Assembly (NCBI GenBank): GCA_028706315.1
Contig: JAQWBP010000018.1
Location: 1 to 24,000, forward strand
Source: Syntrophomonadaceae bacterium
GTDB lineage: Bacteria; Bacillota; Syntrophomonadia; Syntrophomonadales; Syntrophomonadaceae
Direction of reading: 5' to 3'
Length of the DNA stretch: 24,000 nucleotides
Part shown: one piece after another, positions 6,923 through 14,500 of the stretch
How the letters are laid out: each line of letters opens with the position of its first letter
Numbering within the stretch: the first letter of the stretch is position 1
Notes under the pieces: generated by a model
What the model was told of the DNA's origin: nothing
What the model saw: the letters and a program-made list of their open reading frames with translations, nothing else
The model's database searches: none
Translations under genes and position numbers: made by a program

Positions 6923-9040
6923 ATGAAATTAAGAGAAATGATGACCCCTAATCCCTTGACCTTAAGTCCAAACCAAAAAATTAGTGAGGCAGCAATTATT
7001 TTTATGGAAAATAAAGTGGATGGTGCTCCAGTACTAGATGAAAACCGTAAATTAGTAGGGCTTTTTACTAAGAGCCATATTTACCGTGTTATAAACAGCC
7101 ATATGGACATGAGTATGAAAGTTGAAGATTTAATGACCCGAGAAATTCTCACCGGACATCCTGATGATAAGTTTGATGAGGTGATAACCCCCCAGGTACC
7201 TCGACTGCCTGTAGTTGATGAAACAGGTGTAGTAGGGATGATTTGTCGTGGAGATATAGCCAAGGCTTTTTTTAATTCATATCGTAACATTTCTCTTGAA
7301 CTTGATACTATTATGAATTCCACCCACAATATGATTGTTTCAGTTGATGAGCAGGGAATGGTAAAGGTTTTTAACCGATCGGCTGAAAAACTACTTTGCA
7401 TAAAGGCAGCTGAAGTTATTGGGAAAAACATATTAGAGATACTTCCTAATAGTGGACTTATGGATGTAATTAATACTGGAAAGGTAGAACCATTACAGAA
7501 AGTGAAACTTAATGAACGCTTTTTTATATCTAACCGCTCTCCTATAAAAAAGGATGGTAAGATTATTGGCGCGGTAGCTGTCCTCCAGGATATATCTGAG
7601 ATTAATAAAATGTCTAAGGAACTGCGTTACGTTAAGGAATTGAATGAAGAACTGGATGCTATAGTTGAATCATCCTTTGATGGGCTTTTTATAACCGATG
7701 GTGATGGAAATATACTACGTTATAATAAGGCATTTGAGCAGCTAACAGGAATAAATGCACATGAATATAGGGGAAGAAGTGTAAGCGACATTAAAAATGA
7801 CGGAATTCTTACCGAACCTGTAACGTTTGATGTACTGAAACAAAAGAAAACTATTACGGTTATGCAAGAAAGCAGATATGGTAAGATTACTCTAACTACT
7901 GGTAATCCGGTAATTGATAAAAATGGAGATATAATAAGAGTTGTATGTAATGTAAGAGATATTACCGAGTTAAACATGTTAAAACAGAAACTTGAGCAGG
8001 TGCAGGGGCTAAGTCAGCACTATGAAAGCCAGCTTCGTACCCTAAAGTTGCAATATGATAATAGTGAAAAATTGGTATTCACTTCAACTAAGATGAAGAA
8101 TTTGGTAAGTATGGTCGTAAGGTTGGCAGTTGTGGACTCGACTATTTTAATAACTGGTGAATCGGGTACTGGCAAGGAACTAATTGCTGAGATAATACAT
8201 AACAATAGTTCACGTAAAGATAAGCCATTTATTAAGGTGAACTGCGGAGCTATTCCTGAAAACTTACTGGAGTCAGAGTTGTTTGGGTATGACAGAGGAG
8301 CATTTACTGGAGCCAGAAAAGAGGGCAAGCCAGGATATATTGAACTGGCTGCCGGAGGCACTTTACTACTAGACGAGATTGGCGAAGTGCCTCAAAACAT
8401 ACAAGTAAAACTTTTGCGATTTTTACAAAGTAAGGAAATTAGCAGAGTGGGTGGGAGGAGTTATAATAAAGTTGATGTTCGCATCTTAGCGGCTACAAAC
8501 AGGGATTTATTAGATATGGTGCAGCGCAATGAGTTTCGTGAAGACCTTTATTATAGATTAAATGTAGTGCCGGTGCATGTACCACCTCTGCGTGATAGGA
8601 AAGAAGATATCCCATCACTGATATCACATTTCCTGCAGTTATTCAACCGCAAATATAAAATGAATAAAAGAGTATTACCAGAAGTAGTTGATATTTTCAT
8701 GGAATATAATTGGCCGGGCAATGTTAGGGAACTGGAAAATCTTATTGAGAGATTAGTTGTGATTACACTCAACGAAATAATCAGTCGTGAAGATCTACCT
8801 TCCCATTTGGCGAAACCGCAAGATGAGAGCACTCCTTATGTGTTAGTTTCGGGCATAATTCCCCTACGGGCTGCTATTGAAAGTGTAGAGAAACAACTGC
8901 TAGAAAAAGTGTATGCGCAATTCAGAACTACTCGTCAGATGGCCAAGGAATTGGAAGTGGATGCATCTACGGTAGTTAGAAAGGCTGCGAAATATAATGT
9001 TTCGCAAGAGAAAAAAAATAAGAACAGGCAGCAACCGTAG
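6923..9040 (+). CDS. Sigma-54-dependent transcriptional activator (CBS pair, two PAS domains, AAA+ domain, Fis-type HTH)
   Basis: ATG at 6923 follows GGGAGGTG. The N-terminus has a CBS-pair pattern (MTPNPLTL...VDGAPVLDE...LPVVDE), followed by two PAS-like segments. The AAA+ core has GESGTGKE (Walker A), LLLDEIGE (Walker B), the sigma-54 contact loop GAFTGA and NVRELEN. The C-terminal HTH is TTRQMAKELEVDASTVVRK. Confidence 0.93.
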   Translation: MKLREMMTPNPLTLSPNQKISEAAIIFMENKVDGAPVLDENRKLVGLFTKSHIYRVINSHMDMSMKVEDLMTREILTGHPDDKFDEVITPQVPRLPVVDETGVVGMICRGDIAKAFFNSYRNISLELDTIMNSTHNMIVSVDEQGMVKVFNRSAEKLLCIKAAEVIGKNILEILPNSGLMDVINTGKVEPLQKVKLNERFFISNRSPIKKDGKIIGAVAVLQDISEINKMSKELRYVKELNEELDAIVESSFDGLFITDGDGNILRYNKAFEQLTGINAHEYRGRSVSDIKNDGILTEPVTFDVLKQKKTITVMQESRYGKITLTTGNPVIDKNGDIIRVVCNVRDITELNMLKQKLEQVQGLSQHYESQLRTLKLQYDNSEKLVFTSTKMKNLVSMVVRLAVVDSTILITGESGTGKELIAEIIHNNSSRKDKPFIKVNCGAIPENLLESELFGYDRGAFTGARKEGKPGYIELAAGGTLLLDEIGEVPQNIQVKLLRFLQSKEISRVGGRSYNKVDVRILAATNRDLLDMVQRNEFREDLYYRLNVVPVHVPPLRDRKEDIPSLISHFLQLFNRKYKMNKRVLPEVVDIFMEYNWPGNVRELENLIERLVVITLNEIISREDLPSHLAKPQDESTPYVLVSGIIPLRAAIESVEKQLLEKVYAQFRTTRQMAKELEVDASTVVRKAAKYNVSQEKKNKNRQQP

Positions 9041-9046
9041 TCTAGT

Positions 9047-9064
9047 TGTTGTTACCGCGCAACA
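9047..9064. promoter_or_regulatory. Candidate activator binding site 1 (TGTTG-N8-CAACA)
   Basis: TGTTGttaccgcgCAACA, a perfect 5-N8-5 inverted repeat 7 nt after the activator stop codon. It is one of five copies of the same motif within 9047-9299. Confidence 0.5.
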
Positions 9065-9101
9065 GAGGTAGCAAAAAGGCAACAAAAGGAAATTTTTTAT
9101 T

Positions 9102-9119
9102 TGTTGGCAAATCACAACT
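9102..9119. promoter_or_regulatory. Candidate activator binding site 2 (TGTTG-N8-CAACt)
   Basis: TGTTGgcaaatcaCAACT, the same motif with one mismatch in the last position. Confidence 0.45.
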
Positions 9120-9131
9120 TAAAATATATCG

Positions 9132-9169
9132 AAAAAAAGAGTAGTTTGGTTAAGTACTCTTTTTTTTTG
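9132..9169 (+). terminator. Putative terminator of the activator gene
   Basis: AAAAAAAGAGTA (9132-9143) pairs with TACTCTTTTTTT (9155-9166) and runs into a T9 tract. The A-tract/T-tract arrangement could act bidirectionally. Confidence 0.6.
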
Positions 9170-9224
9170 TGAATTAATAATCGAAAAGCAACTTAAATTG
9201 AATTATTAAAAAGGAGAATTACTT

Positions 9225-9266
9225 GGTGTTGTGAAAACACAACGCGCGTTGTGTTTTCACAACACC
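9225..9266. repeat. Perfect 42-bp palindrome containing two adjacent TGTTG-N8-CAAC(G/A) sites (candidate UAS core)
   Basis: GGTGTTGTGAAAACACAACGC|GCGTTGTGTTTTCACAACACC. The right half is the exact reverse complement of the left (checked base by base). Each half is itself a GTTGTG-N4-CACAAC inverted repeat. The two sites are at 9227-9244 and 9247-9264. Confidence 0.9.
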
Positions 9267-9281
9267 AAAAAGACGCCACTT

Positions 9282-9299
9282 TGTTGCACGGGTACAACA
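9282..9299. promoter_or_regulatory. Candidate activator binding site 5 (TGTTG-N8-CAACA)
   Basis: TGTTGcacgggtaCAACA, a perfect match to the repeated motif, about 90 bp upstream of the -24 element. Confidence 0.5.
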
Positions 9300-9387
9300 G
9301 CTGATTTAAGCAGGATAGTATATGACCCATCTGTTATTTGATTAAAACAGTACGGATATATGGGCACAGTAGCCGATTAAGATCATC

Positions 9388-9402
9388 TGGCATGAAAGTT
9401 GC
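9388..9402 (+). promoter_or_regulatory. Sigma-54 (-24/-12) promoter
   Basis: TGGCATGAAAGTTGC compared with the consensus TGGCACG-N4-TTGC. There is a single C-to-T deviation and correct spacing. It is oriented toward the mutase operon, downstream of an EBP gene and the repeated palindromic sites. Confidence 0.75.
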
Positions 9403-9473
9403 GTATATAAGTGTTAACGCTTGGGTTGAGTTTTTAAGTTTCCCGGGTTAAATTACCATTACTTTATTCCCCT

Positions 9474-9522
9474 TTCTACTATGTTGCTGTTCAATACAGT
9501 AACATAGTAAGAATCTTTTTTA
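9474..9522 (+). terminator. Terminator-like hairpin inside the 5' leader of the mutase operon (possible attenuator)
   Basis: 13-bp stem TACTATGTTGCTG (9477-9489) / CAGTAACATAGTA (9497-9509) with one G-U pair and a 7-nt loop. It extends by 3 bp across a 1-nt bulge (9474-9476 / 9511-9513). It is followed by TC plus TTTTTT (9516-9521). It lies between the sigma-54 promoter and the first start codon. Confidence 0.55.
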
Positions 9523-9635
9523 TTACTGTAACGGCAAAAAAATAAGATTAAGAAATCATTTTAAGGTTACTAAAGAAAACCTGAATCCTTCGCTAAAAGA
9601 TTGCTAAACTAAATTTCTCCACATTTACTATTGAA

Positions 9636-9663
9636 CGAATAGATGTAAGCTTACATCCATTCG
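9636..9663. other. 28-bp near-perfect palindrome in the leader, ~25 nt upstream of the RBS
   Basis: CGAATAGATGTAAG|CTTACATCCATTCG, 13 of 14 positions complementary and centred on AAGCTT. It could be an RNA hairpin or a protein binding site. Function unknown. Confidence 0.4.
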
Positions 9664-9700
9664 AACCAATAACAATTTCTTTCAAAGGGAGGTGAGAAGT

Positions 9701-10252
9701 TTGTCAGTAATGGAATCCACTGCAACCATGGCTAAACGGGGTCTAGTAATGGTAATTACGGGTAACGGTAAAGGTAAAACAACAGCTGCATTTGGTCAGG
9801 CCTTAAGGGCTGTTGGCCAGGGATACCGGGTATGCATAATTCAGTTTATGAAGGGACGCAAATATGGAGAGGTTTTAGCGATAGAAAAGCATCTTCCTGG
9901 TATTACGTTTTATCAATTTGGTCTGGATAGTTTTGTAATGCGGGATAATCCAGCTCCTGTGGATGTTGAATTGGCCCGGCAAGGTTTCGAAAAAGCAAAA
10001 GAAGTAATAGGTAGTGGAGAATATAACATGGTCATCCTGGATGAGATTAATGTTGCTGTTGATTTCAATCTAATTCCAGAGGAAGAAATGTTAAGTTTGA
10101 CTAGAAGTAAACCGGCTGAGCTAGATCTATTATTAACGGGTCGATATGCTTCAGATAAGTTGAAAGAGATAGCTGATTTAGTAAGTGAAGTTACCGAGAT
10201 AAAACACCATTATAATGCAGGTATTAAGGATCGAGCCGGGATAGAATACTAG
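9701..10252 (+). CDS. cobO: Cob(I)yrinic acid a,c-diamide / cob(I)alamin adenosyltransferase (CobA/CobO/BtuR family)
   Basis: Family pattern GNGKGKTTAAFGQALRAxGQG...QFMKG...ILDEIN...TGR. The GTG at 9692 overlaps the GGGAGG RBS, so TTG at 9701 (8-nt spacing) is preferred. ATG at 9710 is an alternative. Confidence 0.88.
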   Translation: MSVMESTATMAKRGLVMVITGNGKGKTTAAFGQALRAVGQGYRVCIIQFMKGRKYGEVLAIEKHLPGITFYQFGLDSFVMRDNPAPVDVELARQGFEKAKEVIGSGEYNMVILDEINVAVDFNLIPEEEMLSLTRSKPAELDLLLTGRYASDKLKEIADLVSEVTEIKHHYNAGIKDRAGIEY

Positions 10253-10313
10253 CCTGGTAAAAATGAAATATGTAATTAATTTATTGGCAAGAAAAGATTG
10301 GAGGGAGTAGCGA

Positions 10314-11996
10314 TTGTTTACTAAGGAATTATTAGATAAATCTAGTTTGCTAAGGAAAAAGTGGGAAGATGAAGTTAAAAAAGTAGTTGCAAAACATGCT
10401 GACCAAAAAGAAGAGTGGTCCACCGTTTCTAGTTTAAATATAAAAAGAATATATGGTCCTGAAGATATCAAAGATATGGATTTTGAGAAGGATATAGCGT
10501 ATCCAGGACAATTTCCATATTTGAGAGGTAATCAGGCTACAGGTTACCGCGGGAAATATTGGACATTTAGGATGTTCTCGGGTATGGGTACAGCGGTAGA
10601 AACTAACAAACGCTGGCATTATCTATTAACTACAGGTCAGACTGGTCTAAGTACTGCTTTCGATTTTCCTACCCTTATGGGTTATGATACTGATTCCCCC
10701 AAAGCTAAGGGTGAATGTGGGAAATGCGGAGTAGCTATAGACACCATAGATGATTTCAGAGACCTCATCAACGGAGTTCCTCTCGATAAAATAACTACAT
10801 CGATGACAATTAATCCTCCGGCAACAGCATTATGGGCCATGTACTGTGCATCAGCAGAGCAACAGGGAATACCCCTTAACAAAATAGGTGGTACCATCCA
10901 GAATGATATGTTAAAAGAATTTATTGCCCAGAAAACCCTTATGTGTCCACCTGAGCCATCGGTAAAGTTAATCAGTGATACGATTGAGTTCGGAACCAAA
11001 TATGTTCCGAGATGGAATACCATTAGCATAAGTGGGTATCACATAAGAGAAGCTGGAGCGACGGCTGTTCAGGAACTGGCATTTACATTAAGAGATGGTA
11101 TGGAATACGTCGAGGATGCTATTAGACGTAAAGGCTTGCATGTTGATGAATTTGCTCCTAGATTATCTTTCTTCTTTAATTCCCATATTGATTTCTTTGA
11201 AGAAATTGCCAAGCTGAGGGCTGCTCGTAGGATATGGGCTAAGGCTATGCCGGAACGTTATGGTTCTAAGGATCCTCGGTCCTGGTGGATGAGATTCCAT
11301 ACGCAGACTGCTGGATGTTCCCTTACAGCTCAGCAACCATACAACAATGTGGTTAGGACGGCTACTGAGGCGTTGGCAGCTGTTCTTGGAGGAACTCAGT
11401 CACTGCATACCAATTCTTTGGATGAGGTATTGTGCCTGCCTTCAGATCATGCAGTGCAAATAGCTTTGAGAACCCAGCAACTGATTGCTGAGGAAACGGG
11501 TGTATGTAATACTATTGATCCATTAGCCGGTTCATATTTTGTTGAAGCACTTACTAATGAAATGGAAGAAAAGGCATGGGAATATATTCATAAAATCGAT
11601 GATATGGGTGGAATGGTTGCAGCTATAGAAAAAGGGTTCCCACAGATGGAAATTTCCGATGCTGCTTATAAATTCCAACAACAAATAGATGCCAAGGAAA
11701 AGATTATGATTGGTGTGAATAAGTATGTCGAAGCCGATGAACAAATTGAAATTCCATTGCTGGAGATAGATGACTCGGTTGAGGATGAGCAGCTCGAACG
11801 TTTAGCAGCAGTAAAGAGGAAACGTGATGGCCGCAAAGTAGCAGAATGCCTTAATGAACTTGCAGGTGCATGTAAAAAAGGTGAAAATGTTATGCCTTAT
11901 TGTATCGAGGCAGTTAAGAATTACGCTACAGTTCAAGAAATCTGCGACGTCTACAGGGAAGTTTACGGTGAATACCGTGATCCTGGAATATACTAA
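10314..11996 (+). CDS. Adenosylcobalamin-dependent acyl-CoA mutase, large (substrate-binding) subunit, with an isobutyryl-CoA-mutase-like active-site signature
   Basis: TTG start 7 nt after GGAGGGA. The product aligns by eye along its full length with methylmalonyl-CoA mutase (GLSTAFDFPT, GVAIDT, GTIQNDMLKEF, SISGYHIREAGA, LRTHTQTAG-like, SLHTNSLDE). Phe replaces MCM Tyr89 (FRMFSGM) and Gln replaces Arg207 (IAQK). Confidence 0.95.
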   Translation: MFTKELLDKSSLLRKKWEDEVKKVVAKHADQKEEWSTVSSLNIKRIYGPEDIKDMDFEKDIAYPGQFPYLRGNQATGYRGKYWTFRMFSGMGTAVETNKRWHYLLTTGQTGLSTAFDFPTLMGYDTDSPKAKGECGKCGVAIDTIDDFRDLINGVPLDKITTSMTINPPATALWAMYCASAEQQGIPLNKIGGTIQNDMLKEFIAQKTLMCPPEPSVKLISDTIEFGTKYVPRWNTISISGYHIREAGATAVQELAFTLRDGMEYVEDAIRRKGLHVDEFAPRLSFFFNSHIDFFEEIAKLRAARRIWAKAMPERYGSKDPRSWWMRFHTQTAGCSLTAQQPYNNVVRTATEALAAVLGGTQSLHTNSLDEVLCLPSDHAVQIALRTQQLIAEETGVCNTIDPLAGSYFVEALTNEMEEKAWEYIHKIDDMGGMVAAIEKGFPQMEISDAAYKFQQQIDAKEKIMIGVNKYVEADEQIEIPLLEIDDSVEDEQLERLAAVKRKRDGRKVAECLNELAGACKKGENVMPYCIEAVKNYATVQEICDVYREVYGEYRDPGIY

Positions 11997-12022
11997 TTTA
12001 ATGTTCGAAGGAGGTAAATTTA

Positions 12023-12427
12023 ATGTCAGATAGAAGAATTCGTATACTGCTAGCTAAACCCGGGCTTGATGGTCATGATCGTGGGGCTAGGGTACTGGCC
12101 AGATGTTTCCGCGATGCCGGTTTTGAGGTAATTTATACTGGTTGTCACCAAACTCCAGAGCAAATAGCTTCTGCTGCTGTTCAGGAAGATGTTGACGTTG
12201 TTGGCTTAAGCTGTTTGTCAGGTGCACATAAATATCTATTTCCTCAAGTAGCCAAGCTTTTACAGGATGAAGGAGCTGGCGATATTATGGTTATAGGGGG
12301 AGGAATAATTCCTGACCAGGATATGCAGGCTTTATATGAAGCTGGTCTAAAGGCAATTTTTACTCCGGGGGCCACCCTTGATTCATTGGTGGAATGGATA
12401 AATACAAATGTAAAACCAAGGGCGTGA
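12023..12427 (+). CDS. Acyl-CoA mutase small subunit (cobalamin-binding domain)
   Basis: GAAGGAGG RBS. The product begins RILLAKPGLDGHDRGA with the DxHxxG base-off/His-on motif, continues through VGLSxLSGAH and GGxIP, and is 134 aa long. Confidence 0.93.
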   Translation: MSDRRIRILLAKPGLDGHDRGARVLARCFRDAGFEVIYTGCHQTPEQIASAAVQEDVDVVGLSCLSGAHKYLFPQVAKLLQDEGAGDIMVIGGGIIPDQDMQALYEAGLKAIFTPGATLDSLVEWINTNVKPRA

Positions 12428-12432
12428 GCATT

Positions 12433-13407
12433 ATGAAAGAATTAGGCAAAAAGGTTTTGGCGGGAGACATTCGTGCGGCCTCCCGCCTCATAAGAAATCT
12501 GGAAGACCAAATACCTGAAACTAATATCGCAATGCGAGAAATTTTTGCCCATACCGGGAATTCCCATGTGATTGGGATTACCGGAGCACCGGGAGCCGGT
12601 AAAAGTACACTCACAGATGAGCTTATCGATGCTTACCGTAAGAAAGATAAGACTGTAGGAGTACTGGCTGTTGATCCGACCAGTCCTTTTACCGGGGGTG
12701 CACTTTTGGGAGACAGAATCCGTATGCTGCGGCATGCGGAGGACAAAGGTGTATTCGTAAGGAGCTTGGCAACAAGAGGTGCGATGGGTGGAATATCTAA
12801 GGCTGTCGGTGAAGGAATCCATGTAATGGACGTATTGAAAAAAGATAAAATAATAGTCGAAACTGTTGGCGTGGGGCAGCAAGAGGTAGAAATCATTAAT
12901 CATGCTCACACGGTAATAGTTGTTCTTGTACCAGGTATGGGGGATGAAATACAAGCTCTCAAAGCGGGCTTAATGGAAATAGCCGATATTTTTGTAATCA
13001 ATAAGGCGGATCGGGATGGTGCGGGGAAACTCTATAAGGAAACACTAAATATGGTGAAGATGTCTAAGGACATGGGGGATAATGGTAGTTGGACCATACC
13101 CGTACTTCTGGTAGAAAATGTCCTTGAACCAAATAAATTTGCTGAAAGTGTCAAAGCTTTAAGTGATAAGATAGACGAACATTATCAATATTTAGTTGAC
13201 AATAATCTTTTGTCTGAGCGCATGCGCCGTAAGACGGCAGCTGAGGTTAATGAGGCACTTTGGGGAAATATACTTCAACCAGTATTAAGTGATCTGCATT
13301 CACAGGGGGAAATGGAAAAGATGGTTGATAAAGTATTGAGCAGACAAACTGATCCATATACCCTGGCTGAAGAAATAGCTAGTAGGTACATTAAAAAGCA
13401 AGCGTAG
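12433..13407 (+). CDS. meaB: MeaB/ArgK-type G-protein metallochaperone for the mutase
   Basis: GITGAPGAGKSTL P-loop, VDPTSPFTGGALLGDR, ETVGVGQ and the NKADRDG (NKxD) motif. ATG at 12433 lies just after the small-subunit stop. The 12394 start in the ORF track would overlap the previous gene by 34 nt. GTG at 12424 is an alternative. Confidence 0.93.
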   Translation: MKELGKKVLAGDIRAASRLIRNLEDQIPETNIAMREIFAHTGNSHVIGITGAPGAGKSTLTDELIDAYRKKDKTVGVLAVDPTSPFTGGALLGDRIRMLRHAEDKGVFVRSLATRGAMGGISKAVGEGIHVMDVLKKDKIIVETVGVGQQEVEIINHAHTVIVVLVPGMGDEIQALKAGLMEIADIFVINKADRDGAGKLYKETLNMVKMSKDMGDNGSWTIPVLLVENVLEPNKFAESVKALSDKIDEHYQYLVDNNLLSERMRRKTAAEVNEALWGNILQPVLSDLHSQGEMEKMVDKVLSRQTDPYTLAEEIASRYIKKQA

Positions 13408-13547
13408 CAAAGCACTACTCAGATTTATCTAATAGGTAATAAACTCTTCAAAATTCAAAAATCTTGAATATGTGCTTTTAAGTCAATCAGTTTGTTCTCT
13501 TGATTAGCTCGAGGTTTTGGGACATGAATTGTTTAACGACACGATGG

Positions 13548-13588
13548 CTGCCAGAAAGGGAAAGAACTTGCCTTGACCTTTCTGGCAG
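13548..13588 (+). other. Perfect 12-bp stem hairpin without a U-tract in the meaB-crotonase intergenic region
   Basis: CTGCCAGAAAGG (13548-13559) / CCTTTCTGGCAG (13577-13588) with a 17-nt loop. The following sequence is GGTGATTGAG, so there is no T run. Confidence 0.5.
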
Positions 13589-13639
13589 GGTGATTGAGTT
13601 TCAATGTTGTATTGAAGAGTTAAAAAAAGAGGTGAACAT

Positions 13640-14416
13640 ATGGGCAATGAGTCTATTTTAATGGAAAAGAAGGATCATATAGGGATAATTACTTTAAATC
13701 GCCCGAAACAACTAAACACTTTTAGTGCTCAATTTGCAGTTGAATTTAATAATGCTCTAAAAGAATTTGATCAAGATGAGGAAACCAGAGTTGTGATTAT
13801 TAAAGGTGCTGGAAAGGGTTTTTGCGCGGGGATAGATGTTTCAGAACTTGAGGGCAAAACTCCATTAGAATACTATAACTGGATTACATTAATGGAAGAT
13901 CCGCTTCTAACCATTTCTAAAATGGCTAAACCTGTAATTGCATCTGCGCATCACATTGCCGTAGCTAACGGTATTGGCATTGTTGCTGCATCAGATCTAG
14001 CGATAGCAGCTGAAGGCACGAGATTCGGTGCAACAGCTGTAAGCGTAGGCCTATTCTGTATGGGGCCAGCAGTTCCTTTATCACGTAGTTTGGGTAGAAA
14101 AAAAGCGCTGGAATTGTTATTGACTGGCGATATGATAGAAGCAAAAGAAGCGGAAAGAATTGGACTAATAAATAAGGTAGTTGCTCCTGATAAGCTAGAA
14201 GAAGAAACTGTGAAGTTAGCTAAAAAATTGGCAGCTAAGAGTCCACTAGGTGTTCAGTTGGGTAAAAAATCTTTCTACAAAATGTCAGATTTAGAATATG
14301 ATAAAGCATTTGAGTTAACTGCAAATCACTTTGCGCTATTGTGCACGACCGAAGATGCTCATGAAGGTGTGGATGCATTTTTAAATAAAAGAAAGCCAGG
14401 ATGGAAATTAAAATAG
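13640..14416 (+). CDS. Enoyl-CoA hydratase/isomerase (crotonase superfamily)
   Basis: AGAGGTG RBS. Crotonase pattern ITLNRPKQLN...IKGAGKGFCAGIDV...PVIASAHHIAVANG...LLLTGD...A...GLINKVV...EGVDAFLNKRKP. Confidence 0.9.
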   Translation: MGNESILMEKKDHIGIITLNRPKQLNTFSAQFAVEFNNALKEFDQDEETRVVIIKGAGKGFCAGIDVSELEGKTPLEYYNWITLMEDPLLTISKMAKPVIASAHHIAVANGIGIVAASDLAIAAEGTRFGATAVSVGLFCMGPAVPLSRSLGRKKALELLLTGDMIEAKEAERIGLINKVVAPDKLEEETVKLAKKLAAKSPLGVQLGKKSFYKMSDLEYDKAFELTANHFALLCTTEDAHEGVDAFLNKRKPGWKLK

Positions 14417-14500
14417 GGTGTTAGCTGTATTTTAAGATATGCTCGAAGAAAAATGGGTAATAACCTGATTTTTTTATCAGAAGGATAGGAGGAAAAGGCG

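Noticed and set aside
9323-9346. Tiny ORF ATGACCCATCTGTTATTTGATTAA (7 codons) as a possible leader peptide
   Set aside because: It lies upstream of the sigma-54 promoter, so it is not on the predicted leader transcript, and it has no RBS.
10285-10301. TGGCAAGAAAAGATTGG resembling a second sigma-54 promoter upstream of the mutase large subunit
   Set aside because: The spacing and -12 element do not fit (there is no TTGC at the correct distance). The GGAGGGA that follows is the RBS of the mutase gene.
12394-12432. Upstream start of the MeaB ORF overlapping the small mutase subunit
   Set aside because: The extension MDKYKCKTKGVSI is not MeaB-like and overlaps the preceding gene by 34 nt. ATG at 12433 follows that gene's stop.
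12442-12954. 170-aa minus-strand ORF, and the other minus-strand ORFs in the track (e.g. 1429-1635, 2939-3163, 4172-4552, 7081-7431, 7720-7977, 8020-8361, 8551-8832, 10682-11029, 11532-11744, 12633-12896, 19394-19597, 22303-22512)
   Set aside because: All lie antisense within well-supported + strand genes with clear family motifs. Their translations are low-complexity or unfamiliar and lack RBSs. They are typical shadow ORFs.
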